DNA of 64,000 nucleotides from an uncultured delta proteobacterium (GCA_963778655.1 CAVZVA010000011.1:480001-544000); one strand, 5' to 3'; shown: positions 10,195-21,808, counted from the first letter of the stretch. Notes: a model not told the origin generated them from the sequence alone. Made by a program: numbers and translations.

Positions 10195-10385
10195 TCAGCG
10201 ACATCGCAAGCGGTTTCTTCGCCCGCAGCCCCGTGCTGGTGCTGCCCCTGATCGCGCTCGGTCTGTTCATGCTGGTGTTCACACTAACCACGCTGCGCGC
10301 GCTGCTCGGCAAGGACGCCGGCATCGAGCAGATTTCGCGGCTGCCGCTCGACGACGACGAGGAGGACGGTCATGGCCGAAGCTGA
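10191..10385 (+). CDS. ccoQ: CcoQ/FixQ-like small subunit
   Basis: 64 aa, one TM, 'SRLPLDDD' tail; ATGA overlap with ccoNO. Confidence 0.7.
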   Translation: MISDIASGFFARSPVLVLPLIALGLFMLVFTLTTLRALLGKDAGIEQISRLPLDDDEEDGHGRS

Positions 10386-11007
10386 TTCCGCGCTGAGCAC
10401 GCCTGCCCCGCCGCATGCGGCCGAGATCAAGCGGCACGACGAGATCCAGGGCGATATCCTGCACGTCTACGACGGCATCGAGGAGGCCGACAACCAGTTG
10501 CCGCTGTGGTGGGTGGCGGTGTTCCTCGGCAGCATTGCGTTCGCGATCACCTACTGGCTCGGGGTGCAGGTCTATCACGCGCGTCCCTCGCCGATGGAGA
10601 GCTACGAGCAGAACATCGCGGCGATTCGCGCGGCGCAGGCCGAGGCCGCGCGCAACCAACCTCAGGTGACGCCCGAGCTGCTGGCCACGCTGGCCAAGAA
10701 CCCAGAAGCGGTGGCCGCGGGCGCGGCGGTGTTCAAGCAGAACTGCATCGCCTGCCACGCCGACCACGGGCAGGGCAACATCGGCCCCAACCTCACCGAC
10801 AACTTCTGGCTGCACGGCGGCCGTGGCGTCGACATCCACCACACCATCACCGAGGGCGTGCCCGCCAAGGGCATGCCGACCTGGGGACCGGTGCTGGGCG
10901 AGGGCACGGTGCGCAACCTGACCGCGTTCGTGCTCTCGCTGCGCGGCCGGAACCTGCCGGGCAAGCCGCCGCAGGGCGAGCCGTACAAGCCGGGAGACGA
11001 CAAGTGA
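10372..11007 (+). CDS. ccoP: cbb3 oxidase subunit III CcoP (mono-heme)
   Basis: HVYDGIEEADNQLPLWW, single CIACH, GPNLTD, GMPTW. Confidence 0.93.
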   Translation: MAEADSALSTPAPPHAAEIKRHDEIQGDILHVYDGIEEADNQLPLWWVAVFLGSIAFAITYWLGVQVYHARPSPMESYEQNIAAIRAAQAEAARNQPQVTPELLATLAKNPEAVAAGAAVFKQNCIACHADHGQGNIGPNLTDNFWLHGGRGVDIHHTITEGVPAKGMPTWGPVLGEGTVRNLTAFVLSLRGRNLPGKPPQGEPYKPGDDK

Positions 11008-12380
11008 GCGGGCAGCCGCTACCGATCCTGTACGAGCACGAGAGCTCGCTGCGCGCGGACGGCTCGCGCAACTACGTGCACCCGGCCGACGTGCACGGGC
11101 GCTTCGACCGCGCGCGCAAGCTGCTGTTTGGATTGCTGATCGCGCTGTGGGCCGCGCTGCCGTGGCTGCAGGTCGGCGGACACCCGGCGCTGTTTCTCGA
11201 CGTGCAGGACCGCCGCTTCTACCTGTTCGGGCACGCCTTCAACGCGCAGGACGTGTGGCTGATGTTCTTCCTGCTGAGCGGGGTCGGCTTCGCGCTGATC
11301 GTGATGACCGCGCTGTGGGGGCGGCTGTGGTGCGGCTACGCCTGCCCGCAGACGGTGTTTCTGGAAGGGGTGTTTCGCCCGATCGAGCGCCTGATCGAAG
11401 GGCCGCGCGCGGCGCGCCTCAAGCGCAACGCCGGTCCGCTCACGCTCGACAAGCTGTGGCGCAAGGCGCTCAAGCAGCTGATCTACCTGCTGCTGGCGTT
11501 CGCGGTGGCCCACATCGTGCTCGCGTACTTCGTGTCGCTGCCCGGCGTCTACCGCATGGTGCTGCACAGCCCGGCCGCGCACCCGACCGCGTTCGCCTGG
11601 GCGCTCGGGCTGACCTCGGTGCTGTACTTCGACTTCGCGTGGTTCCGCGAGCAGATGTGCCTGATCGTCTGCCCCTACGGGCGCCTGCAGTCGGTGCTGA
11701 CCGATCGCGACACGCTGGTGATCGGCTACGACAGCACGCGCGGCGAGCCGCGCGGCAAGGTCGGCACCGAGGGGGCGGGCGCGTGCGTAGACTGCAAGCG
11801 CTGCGTGGTAGTGTGCCCGACCGGGATCGACATCCGCAACGGCCTGCAGATCGACTGCGTGGGCTGCGCGCGCTGCGTCGACGCCTGCGACGACATCATG
11901 GACCGCCTGGGCCGGCCGCGCGGCCTGGTGCGCTACGACTCGCTGCGCGGGCTCTCCGGCCAGCCGCGCCGGCTGCTGCGCCCGCGCCTGTACTTGTACG
12001 CGGCGCTGGGCCTGGCCGGCTTGATCGCGACCGGAGTGGCGCTTGCGAGCACCCACGAGTACGAGGCGAACCTGCTGCGCCTGCAGGGCGCGCCGCCGTT
12101 CGTGGTCGACGATGGGACGGTGCGCAACGCGTTCGAGGTGCACCTGGTCAACAAGGAGTCGCAGGTCGGCCACTTCGAGCTGCAGCCGATTCCGCGGGGC
12201 AAGCTGCAGTACACCATCGCCATGCCCGAGCTGAGCCTGGGCTCACTGCAGAGCCGGCGCGTGCCGGTGTTCGTCAGCTTCCCGCGCGGCGACCGCAGCG
12301 CGAGCAAAGCCGCGATTCGCATCAGCGTCGACGGCAAGGACCCGCGCGTCCTGGAAGCGCCGCTGATCGGACCCGAGTGA
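11004..12380 (+). CDS. ccoG: cytochrome c oxidase accessory protein CcoG/FixG
   Basis: GRLWCGYACPQTVF, CPYGRLQ, CxxCxxCxxxCP 4Fe-4S motifs; GTGA overlap with ccoP. Confidence 0.93.
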   Translation: MSGQPLPILYEHESSLRADGSRNYVHPADVHGRFDRARKLLFGLLIALWAALPWLQVGGHPALFLDVQDRRFYLFGHAFNAQDVWLMFFLLSGVGFALIVMTALWGRLWCGYACPQTVFLEGVFRPIERLIEGPRAARLKRNAGPLTLDKLWRKALKQLIYLLLAFAVAHIVLAYFVSLPGVYRMVLHSPAAHPTAFAWALGLTSVLYFDFAWFREQMCLIVCPYGRLQSVLTDRDTLVIGYDSTRGEPRGKVGTEGAGACVDCKRCVVVCPTGIDIRNGLQIDCVGCARCVDACDDIMDRLGRPRGLVRYDSLRGLSGQPRRLLRPRLYLYAALGLAGLIATGVALASTHEYEANLLRLQGAPPFVVDDGTVRNAFEVHLVNKESQVGHFELQPIPRGKLQYTIAMPELSLGSLQSRRVPVFVSFPRGDRSASKAAIRISVDGKDPRVLEAPLIGPE

Positions 12381-12426
12381 CGGCCAAGAGATGCGGGTGT
12401 ACGCCGGCCCCGCAAGGAGCGAGCCC

Positions 12427-12695
12427 ATGCCCTACGCGAGCGGACGCATCTTTCACGACGCCGACTCCCACGTGATGGAGACGCCGGAGTTCTTCCATCC
12501 CTTCGCCGACCCGGACGTGCGCGCCAAGCTGAAACCCGTCTACGTAAGCACGGTCGCGCCGGGCGAGGAGAGCCTGATCGACAGGCTCGCGAGCGCGCAC
12601 CGCGACCCCGAGTACCGCGCGCAGGACGCCGCCGAGATCATGCTGCGCAAGAACTGGAAGGCGACCGGCTCCTCGACTTGATGGGCGGCACGTGA
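12427..12695 (+). pseudogene. amidohydrolase-family remnant (apparent internal deletion)
   Basis: N-terminus MPYASGRIFHDADSHVME with DxDxH metal motif, stops after ~84 aa; out-of-frame LDLMGGT* follows immediately. Confidence 0.7.
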
Positions 12696-12985
12696 GCTGA
12701 CTCGGGCTCAGGCGCCGCTCGGCGACGGCGCGCGCCGGAGCTGGGTGACAAACCGCGGGCTCCCGCCCCAGCGCGCTGCGGCACGCGGAGCGAGCCGTGA
12801 TCGCAGCAGTCAGAGCGGCCGGCGCGGCGTGCTGCAGCTCCGCACAGACGGTGCGCTGAACGGCTTGCGGGCTCAGGCCCGGCCAGGCTCGAGAGCCTTT
12901 GACATCGGTCAAATCTCACGCACATAGTGGTTGCAAGCGTGGTAGCAAGGCGCGACATGAATGCAGCGGAAATGAGAGTCCTGCG

Positions 12986-14431
12986 ATGAACCTGCTGCGC
13001 GCCCGTGATGCGCTCGCATCGGGGACGCCGTGGTCGGATGTGGGTGAGGGCACACCACCCAAGGGCGATTCCGTGCTGGCGGACGCGGACCTGGAGGAGG
13101 TGGCGGCCCGGCTCACGCTCGAGCAGGTGCCGAGCCTGCGTGTGGTCGAGGAGGACGGCCGCCAGATCGGAACCATCACGCCCAAGAGCCTGGCGACGGC
13201 GCTGCTGGCGCAGGATCGGGAGCTGCGCGGCAAGCTGGCGATTGCCGACCGCATGGTGGCGGTCGGCACCTTGGCGGCGGGCCTGGCCCACGAGATCAAC
13301 AACCCGCTCACCTACGTCTCGGCCAACCTCGAGCTGCTGCAGAAGGCACTGGGCACGATGCCAGGCGAGTCGGAGGCGGTGCGCGACGCCAAGGCCCTGG
13401 TCGGAGACATCCGTGAAGGCGTGCGCCGCGTGCGCGACACCGTGCGCGATCTGCGGCTGTTCAGCAAAGCCGACGACGGCAGCAGCGCGCCGATCGACGT
13501 GGAACGGGTGCTGGAGTTCGCGCTGAACCTGGCCGACAACGAGATCAAGCACCGCGCGGTGCTGGCACGCGACCTCGCGCCGCTGCCGCCGGTGCAAGCC
13601 AACGAGGGCCAGCTCGGCCAGGTCTTCCTCAATCTGCTGCTCAACGCCGCGCAGTCCATCCCCGAGGGCGCCGCGCACCAGCACGAGATCCGCGTGGTCA
13701 CCCGCACCGACTACGCCGGCCACGCCGTGATCGAGATCCGCGACACCGGCTGCGGCATCCCGGAGCAGGATCATGCCCGCATCTTCGAGCCGTTCTTCAC
13801 CACCAAGGCCCGCCACGGCTCCGGGCTCGGGCTGTCGATCTGCGATGGCATCGTGGCCAGCCTGGAAGGGCGCATCGAGGTCGAGAGCCGTGAGGGCAAG
13901 GGCAGCGTGTTCCGCGTGGTGCTGCCGGCGGCCTCGGGCGTGCCGCGGCCGCGCTCGATCGCGCCAGAGTCGCGGGCGGTGGCGCCGCGCGGCCGCTTTC
14001 TGGTGATCGACGACGAGCAGTCGATCGTGAGGATGCTGCGGCGTGTGCTGGGCGCGGACCAGACGCTGGCCTGCACCTCGGGCGCCGAGGCACTCGCGTT
14101 GCTGCGGCGCGGCGCGCGCTTCGACGCCATCCTGTGCGACCTGTTGATGCCCGAGACCACCGGCATGGACCTGTACGACGAGCTGATGCGCAGCGCGCCG
14201 GACCAGGCGCGCAGGATGGTCTTCATGAGCGGCGGCACCTTCACCGATCGTGCGCGCGCCTTCCTGGAGAAGGCGCCCAACCCGCGGCTGGCCAAGCCCT
14301 TCGACACCGGTCAGGTGCTCGCCTGCATGGAACGGCTGCTGGCCAGCGGCCGGGCCGAGCCATCGCAACGGCCCCAGCCGCGCGGCGGCAGCGGGGCGCC
14401 CGGTGGCTCCAAGCCGCCGGCCTCCGCCTAA
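12986..14431 (+). CDS. hybrid sensor histidine kinase (CBS-like N-terminus, HisKA, HATPase, receiver)
   Basis: AHEINNPL, QVFLNLLLNA, DTGCGI, FFTTK, GLGLSI; receiver VIDDE...LCDLLMP...KPF. Confidence 0.92.
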   Translation: MNLLRARDALASGTPWSDVGEGTPPKGDSVLADADLEEVAARLTLEQVPSLRVVEEDGRQIGTITPKSLATALLAQDRELRGKLAIADRMVAVGTLAAGLAHEINNPLTYVSANLELLQKALGTMPGESEAVRDAKALVGDIREGVRRVRDTVRDLRLFSKADDGSSAPIDVERVLEFALNLADNEIKHRAVLARDLAPLPPVQANEGQLGQVFLNLLLNAAQSIPEGAAHQHEIRVVTRTDYAGHAVIEIRDTGCGIPEQDHARIFEPFFTTKARHGSGLGLSICDGIVASLEGRIEVESREGKGSVFRVVLPAASGVPRPRSIAPESRAVAPRGRFLVIDDEQSIVRMLRRVLGADQTLACTSGAEALALLRRGARFDAILCDLLMPETTGMDLYDELMRSAPDQARRMVFMSGGTFTDRARAFLEKAPNPRLAKPFDTGQVLACMERLLASGRAEPSQRPQPRGGSGAPGGSKPPASA

Positions 14432-14638
14432 GCCACGGCGCCGAGCCCGCAGCCCGTTTCCACGGCGCAGGCCGCCTGCGCGCGTGCCGACCCGAGGCCA
14501 GCTGCGCGACGAGCTGCGCGCGGTGGCGGACAGCGGCAGCGCCACGGCGACGCCGTGGGACACGGCGCTGCAGACCCTGGGCTTGCTGCTGCCCGGGATG
14601 GACCCGGTGGACGTGCAGATCGAGCAGGCGGTGCGATC

Positions 14639-14683
14639 TGACCGATCGGCATGGCCGTTCCCGAATCGTGATCGGTCATTTAG
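14639..14683. repeat. 45-bp palindromic element, left copy of inverted pair
   Basis: TGACCGATCGGCATGGCCGTTCCCGAATCGTGATCGGTCATTTAG; 42/45 identical to the reverse complement of 16275-16319. Confidence 0.9.
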
Positions 14684-14718
14684 GGATCATCGGTTCGGAG
14701 AGCTTACGAGCTGATGTG

Positions 14719-16197
14719 CTAATGGACGCAGCTCTGGGGTTTGCCCAGGTCGAGCTCCCTTTGAAACAGCGTCTGGGAGGGCAGGCGCTCGAGCAGCGCA
14801 TAGAGCTTGGTCGGGTCCTTGGCATCGACGAAGTGGTAGTCGCGACCACGGTAGCGAAAGTCGAAGGTGACCTGCACCCCGCGCTCGAACGCGCGCTGCA
14901 GCCGATAACGAATCAGCAACGGCGAGTAAAGCGCGGGGTCCAGAATCCCGCCCGACCCAAAGCGCTGGCCGGTCGCGAGCTTCAGGTAGCTGACCTTCGT
15001 CACGTGCAAGAATGGATCGTGCTCGGTCAGCCGCATCGCCCTCGGGAAGATCAAGCTGTTCCAGCGGTCGTCGTCCACCCGCAGGTTGCTCAGCATGGCG
15101 AAGCTGTACTCGAACTTGAGCCCGAGATACGGGCTCATCCCGTTGACCAGCGACGCCACCACGACCAACGCCACGATCAGCCTGCCTGCCGGGCTCGCGG
15201 CCCCGCTCGGCGCACTGGCGGACGACTGCTGCGCCGGCACCGACGTCACCTGCGGCCGACCGCCCCGCAGCGCGCGCACGCGGGCGCGCAAAGCCACTAC
15301 TGACGCCACCATTACCCCCAGGGCGTAGGCATGGAACGCCGAGATGGTAGACACCTGATACGCCCCGTGAAAGGCCAGCGCAGCGAAGGCTACCGCGCAC
15401 ACGACCAGCCCGATCCAGATCAGCACCGGTCCCCGACCCGCGGCCGCGATCGCCGCGCGGTCGCGCTCGTTCAGGAACGCGGTCGCCATCGTCAGCACGA
15501 TCGCCGCGAACGCGGGTGCGCCGATGGATCCGAACTCGAACAGCAGGAGCGCCGTGAGCAACAGTCCCAGTGGCGGCCACAGCATGAGCAGCAGCGGAAG
15601 CGATGCCTCGAGCCCGATCACCCAGGCGGGTCCGAGCCACGCGCTCATCGCAGGTGGCACGCCCCACCAATCGTGCAGCCGGTCCCGAAGCCCGATGCAG
15701 CTCACCTTCGGGTCGAAGAAGTCGCGATTGATCTTGTGCAGCGCAGCGAAGCCGAGCGCGCTCACCGCCCCGATCTGGAACACGCGCGCAATTCCCCAGT
15801 CGACCTCAGCGACGAAGCGCGCGCGGTCCTGCTCATGCATGCAACCCCGGACGAGCGCGGCCAGCACGATCGCGAGCGACGCCGTCGGCAGCCCGAGCCA
15901 CAACGTCCACTCGGCGCTCGGGAAGTAGAACACCGCGTACTGCGCCGACAGCAAGATCAAGAAGCAGAGCGCGAACCAGATCGATGCCGCGACCAGGAGC
16001 ACCAACCGCGTGCCGAACAGCAGCAGGCACAGCGCGATCGCCGCCAGGACATGAAACTCCCACTCGCCGAGCGCGTTCAGCTTGGCCAAGCCCTGCTCGA
16101 GGTACTTCAGCAAGACCCAGATGGACATGCTGAAGCCGAACAGCCTGAACAGCATCTGTGTGCGCAGGCTTCCGAGAGGTTCCCACAAGCACCGCAT
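14719..16197 (-). CDS. polytopic membrane protein, HTTM-like
   Basis: many TM helices; FAALHKINRDFFDP..SC and PYLGLK...FAMLSNLR motifs; start uncertain. Confidence 0.7.
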   Translation of the reverse strand: MRCLWEPLGSLRTQMLFRLFGFSMSIWVLLKYLEQGLAKLNALGEWEFHVLAAIALCLLLFGTRLVLLVAASIWFALCFLILLSAQYAVFYFPSAEWTLWLGLPTASLAIVLAALVRGCMHEQDRARFVAEVDWGIARVFQIGAVSALGFAALHKINRDFFDPKVSCIGLRDRLHDWWGVPPAMSAWLGPAWVIGLEASLPLLLMLWPPLGLLLTALLLFEFGSIGAPAFAAIVLTMATAFLNERDRAAIAAAGRGPVLIWIGLVVCAVAFAALAFHGAYQVSTISAFHAYALGVMVASVVALRARVRALRGGRPQVTSVPAQQSSASAPSGAASPAGRLIVALVVVASLVNGMSPYLGLKFEYSFAMLSNLRVDDDRWNSLIFPRAMRLTEHDPFLHVTKVSYLKLATGQRFGSGGILDPALYSPLLIRYRLQRAFERGVQVTFDFRYRGRDYHFVDAKDPTKLYALLERLPSQTLFQRELDLGKPQSCVH

Positions 16198-16274
16198 TTG
16201 TGTGCCGGCGATTCCTGGTCAGCGCCGGCGGTGACCGGCAATCATCCCGTGATTGTACACCACGGCGTGACGCG

Positions 16275-16324
16275 CTAGATGACCGATCACGATTCAAGAA
16301 CGGCCATGCCGATCGGTCATTTAG
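16275..16324. repeat. 50-bp palindromic element, right copy of inverted pair
   Basis: CTAGATGACCGATC-N22-GATCGGTCATTTAG, 14-bp arms with one mismatch. Confidence 0.9.
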
Positions 16325-16530
16325 CGGCGCGGCGGACGCTGCACCACCGCGAGAAGGTGAAGGCGCGAGGCTTTGCTTCGCGCACAGGGAGTCGGCGCGG
16401 CTCCCTGACAATCAAAGGAGAAATCGGAGTTTGTGATTCGATCCCGAATCGCGAGCTCTGACTTAGATGCTGGAGCCCGCGTTCAAAGGATGGCGTGCGC
16501 TCGATCGCCGAGCCGCCCGCTGTTGAGCGG

Positions 16531-17301
16531 CTACTCGAAGTGGATGCGCACCGTCTGCTTGTCGCCTTCTGCGCCAGTGAACAGTGGCATGTGCGTGCGC
16601 ATCAGATCGCCCGTGGCGCACGCCACCACGCCGCTGAGCTGCGAGGGCAGCGCCTTGATGTCGGCGTCGGGGCGCGCGTCCTTGTGCATCGTGATCAGCA
16701 CCACGATCACGCCCTTGGCTTGCGCGTTGGCGCTGCGCACCTGGGAGTAGCAGCGGTCGGCCACGTTCATCACCTGCGTGACCCAGGGCTGCATGCGGGT
16801 GTCGGCGTCGAGCCAGGCCTGCAGCCCCTTGGGCACGTCCACGTGCACGTGCTCGGTTGCGGGCACCACCACCTTGGCAGCAGCGGGCTTGGCCGGCGGC
16901 GTGGGTGCGGCCGATGGCGCGGGCGTGGTCGGGACGGCGGGCGGGGCGGCCTTTGCGCTCGCGGCCGGAGCCGCGGCCGGTTTGGCGGCGGCGGCGCTGG
17001 GCTTCGGGCTGGCGGCCGCAGCGGCGGCCGGCTTGGCGGCGACGGGTTTGGCAGCGGCGGTCGGTTTCGCAGCCGCGCCGCCGCTCGGCTGCGCGGCAGG
17101 CGCGGGTTGCGCCGCGGGCGCGGACGGCGGCGGGGCGGCGGGCGCGGCGGCCGGCTCGGCCGCGGACGGCGGCGCGGGCGCGGCGGGCGCAACCACGTGC
17201 ACCGCCTCGCTCTGACTGCCTTCGCCTCCGCCGCAACTGGCGGCGCCCACCAGCCCCAACCACAGCCACGTCCATCGCACCCATCGCCTCGATCGCGCCA
17301 T
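16531..17301 (-). CDS. Ala/Pro-rich lipoprotein with small Cys-containing C-terminal domain
   Basis: lipobox AASC, long PA/AAK linker, C-terminal CY...G.I.V...VVAC pattern reminiscent of AgmX/PglI C-terminal domains. Confidence 0.7.
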   Translation of the reverse strand: MARSRRWVRWTWLWLGLVGAASCGGGEGSQSEAVHVVAPAAPAPPSAAEPAAAPAAPPPSAPAAQPAPAAQPSGGAAAKPTAAAKPVAAKPAAAAAASPKPSAAAAKPAAAPAASAKAAPPAVPTTPAPSAAPTPPAKPAAAKVVVPATEHVHVDVPKGLQAWLDADTRMQPWVTQVMNVADRCYSQVRSANAQAKGVIVVLITMHKDARPDADIKALPSQLSGVVACATGDLMRTHMPLFTGAEGDKQTVRIHFE

Positions 17302-17311
17302 CCCCCTCACC

Positions 17312-18988
<1,677 letters not shown>

Positions 18989-19061
18989 GGCCCGTTGTTG
19001 TCGCATACGCGCACGCTGCGCGCCAACCCCCGGCCGGACACCTCGAGGCCGGCAACTGTGC

Positions 19062-21470
19062 TCAGCGGCGCAGTGACTTGATGTCGGCGTCCAGCGGCGT
19101 GCCTTGCGGCAGCTCGGCGTACTGGTCGACGACCACCTCGCCCGAGGGCAGCTCCTTGAAGGTCGGGTACAGCTCCGGGTAGCCGTGATCGAAGCTCGGT
19201 CCGCGGAAGCCTTCGCGCAAGTGGGGCATCAAGCCGTACAGGCCGAAGATCCTGCGCGCGAGCCGTACGATGCGCTGCTGGAGCGGGGGCAGCTCGCTCG
19301 CGTCCTCGTTCTTGATCTGGTCGCTGGCCTTCTTCTTCTCCGCCGGGTCGTGCGGATAGAAATAGGTGTCGAGCAAGCGCAGCTTCTGCGCATCGAAGGT
19401 CATTTCGTGCAGGCGGAAGGCCGAGAGCCCGTACAACCCGCTCTCGGGCGTCAGCGCGGGCGCGTAGTCCTTGACCGAGGGTGGATCGGCGACCGCTGCG
19501 AGGTAGGCATCCTTGCCGCAGCCGATGACGTGATGCACCAGCATCCACAGATGAAAGTAGGTGGGCACGGGAATCAGCGGCGACAACCCGCGATGCAGGT
19601 AGAGCGGCTCCAGGCGGCAAATCAGGATCAGCGCGAAGCGACCCAGCAGGCGATACTGGGTGCGCCGCTGCCCGCGATCGAAGCGCTGCTCGATCGCGCG
19701 CACCGTCTCCGGTAGCGTGTCGAAGCTCGCGCGCGCCGGATCGCCGAGCAGCGGAACCAGCTCGGTCCAGAAGCGGACGACGTCTTCGGCCGCGATCGCC
19801 GAATCGAAGCGCGCCAGCTCGAGCGCGTCGACCGACTGCGCCATCGCGCGCTTCATCAGCGGCGCCAGACGCGAGCGCCGGCGCCAGAAGATGGAGTCGA
19901 AGCTCCACAGCTCAGGCTCGCCAAGCACGTCATCGTGGAAGTGCGGATCGTGCTCCTCGGGCGGAACGTGCGGCCCAATGTACGTGCGCTTCCACCAGTC
20001 GCCGGTCTCGCGGTGCTGCTTGAGGCTGACCGGCTCGAGCATCACGGTCGTGATGCGCACCGCGAGAAAGGGCTCGCTGCGGCCGCCGAGCTCGCTGGCG
20101 TCGATCAGCTTCTGGGGCGCCGTGCGCACGATCGACTGAGCGAACATCACGCTCGGGCTGCGCATGCCGAACCCGCTGGGATCCCAGGCCGGGATGATGG
20201 TCGACAGCAAGCTCGTGTAGTTCATCCCGAACGTGTCGTAGATGATGGCCTGCTCGCCGCGCGGGTGATGCGGCGCCACAAAGCGCGGCGCGGACTTCTC
20301 GTTCGACGGCGCGAAGGCGAACTTCAGCTCGTGCCAGTGCTGCTTGTCCCAGGTCACCTCGACCAGCAGCGTGATCTTCACCGCCGGCGTGGTGTTGGGC
20401 GGGAATACCCCGTAGGGGTGGACCCAGCGAAGCGGATGCAGCCAGCGAATCAGGTTGAGCGGCCCCTGCACCACGCGCGGCAGCTGGTACCAGAAGGCCC
20501 ACAGGTGCCAGCCCTGTGCGAGCCAGCTGTTGAACGGGAAGGTGATCAGCGCCGCGCAGGTGTGCACCACGACGAAGGCGTTGCGCCACACCGGCTCACC
20601 GGCGTCGAACATCGACAGCAGGTGCAACGTGCGCGGCGTGTCCTGATCGAGCAGCGGGATGCTCGCCACCATCGTCAGGATGCTGAAGTAGCCGAAATTG
20701 CCGGTGGCCTGGATGCCGGCCATCAGCATGATCGTGCACACGGCGGCGATCGCGCTCAGCGGCCCGGGTACGAAGGCGAAGAAGGGGATCGGCACCTCGA
20801 CCAGGAACATGTAGACGACGAGCAGCTTGAGCAGCCCCGCCGGAAGCTTCTGCGCGTACCAGCCGCCGGGAGACAGCAAGGGCTGGTTGAGCAAGAAGCC
20901 GCTCAAATAGTTGAGGTCTTCCTTGCGCGAGCCCATGAACTTCTGCTTGCCGAACCCGAACATCACCCGGAAGAACAGCAGTCGAAAGGCCCAGGTCACG
21001 GCAGGCGCGGGCGCGCTCACCGCCAGCAGGCTCGGCAACGAGCGGGTTGCCGGAAGCAGCAACGAGACCACCATCGTCTCGAACAGCAGCGTGTCCCACG
21101 GCAGCACCAGCGACATCGCCAGATCGAGCGACAGGTAGCAGAGGTAGCAGACGAGCAACGCCCACACGATGTGCGGGCCGCCATAGATGATCGAAGCCGC
21201 GGCCAGCATGCCGGCGATGGGCAGCGCCTGCAGGAACCAATCCTTCGAGCACACCCACAGCAGGGTCGGGAAGTAGAGGTAGCGCCGCCAGGTGGGGAAG
21301 TCCTGGCGCAGCTTCGCCAGCCGCATCGCGACCGGCAGGATGCTCTGCGAGCCCACCCCCGCCACCACCTGCAGCGAGAGCGAGGTGAAAGAGATCAGCA
21401 GGACCAAACCGATCCCGCGCGAAAACAGACCCCAGACGAGCAGCGGATCGATGGACCAGGGAGTGCTCAC
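19062..21470 (-). CDS. lipase maturation factor (LMF) family membrane protein
   Basis: WDTLLFET, FRVMFGFG, QPL.SP..WY, QATGNFGYF, YGVF, RFVAPHHPR motifs. Confidence 0.85.
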   Translation of the reverse strand: MSTPWSIDPLLVWGLFSRGIGLVLLISFTSLSLQVVAGVGSQSILPVAMRLAKLRQDFPTWRRYLYFPTLLWVCSKDWFLQALPIAGMLAAASIIYGGPHIVWALLVCYLCYLSLDLAMSLVLPWDTLLFETMVVSLLLPATRSLPSLLAVSAPAPAVTWAFRLLFFRVMFGFGKQKFMGSRKEDLNYLSGFLLNQPLLSPGGWYAQKLPAGLLKLLVVYMFLVEVPIPFFAFVPGPLSAIAAVCTIMLMAGIQATGNFGYFSILTMVASIPLLDQDTPRTLHLLSMFDAGEPVWRNAFVVVHTCAALITFPFNSWLAQGWHLWAFWYQLPRVVQGPLNLIRWLHPLRWVHPYGVFPPNTTPAVKITLLVEVTWDKQHWHELKFAFAPSNEKSAPRFVAPHHPRGEQAIIYDTFGMNYTSLLSTIIPAWDPSGFGMRSPSVMFAQSIVRTAPQKLIDASELGGRSEPFLAVRITTVMLEPVSLKQHRETGDWWKRTYIGPHVPPEEHDPHFHDDVLGEPELWSFDSIFWRRRSRLAPLMKRAMAQSVDALELARFDSAIAAEDVVRFWTELVPLLGDPARASFDTLPETVRAIEQRFDRGQRRTQYRLLGRFALILICRLEPLYLHRGLSPLIPVPTYFHLWMLVHHVIGCGKDAYLAAVADPPSVKDYAPALTPESGLYGLSAFRLHEMTFDAQKLRLLDTYFYPHDPAEKKKASDQIKNEDASELPPLQQRIVRLARRIFGLYGLMPHLREGFRGPSFDHGYPELYPTFKELPSGEVVVDQYAELPQGTPLDADIKSLRR

Positions 21471-21808
21471 CGGCCGCTACCCTACGATGCCTCGGTCACG
21501 GGTTGAAAGGGCCGTCTCGCGCCTGGATTGATCCGGCGCCCCAGCGGCCGCCTCGGGGCTCGCCTGGGTGCGTCGATGCGTGCTCACGCTCGAGCGCAGC
21601 TCGGTCTAGGTCGACGGCTCGCGTCCGGCCGCGCGGCCGCTCTCGCCGGCCAGCCGTGTCGACGCGATGATCGGCCGATGCCGTTCGGGCGCATGCAGGG
21701 CGCCTCCGGGACCCGGCGACCGTGAGCTCCTGGACAAGCCCCTGTGAATCGCGTAGGTCAGGGCGCGCGCGCCCGGGCACCGGGCCTGGCGCTGGAGGGA
21801 CGTCGCCG

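Noticed and set aside
14639..16324. Integron cassette / attC sites
   Set aside because: Repeats are inverted rather than direct, lack RYYYAAC/GTTRRRY cores, and no integrase is present
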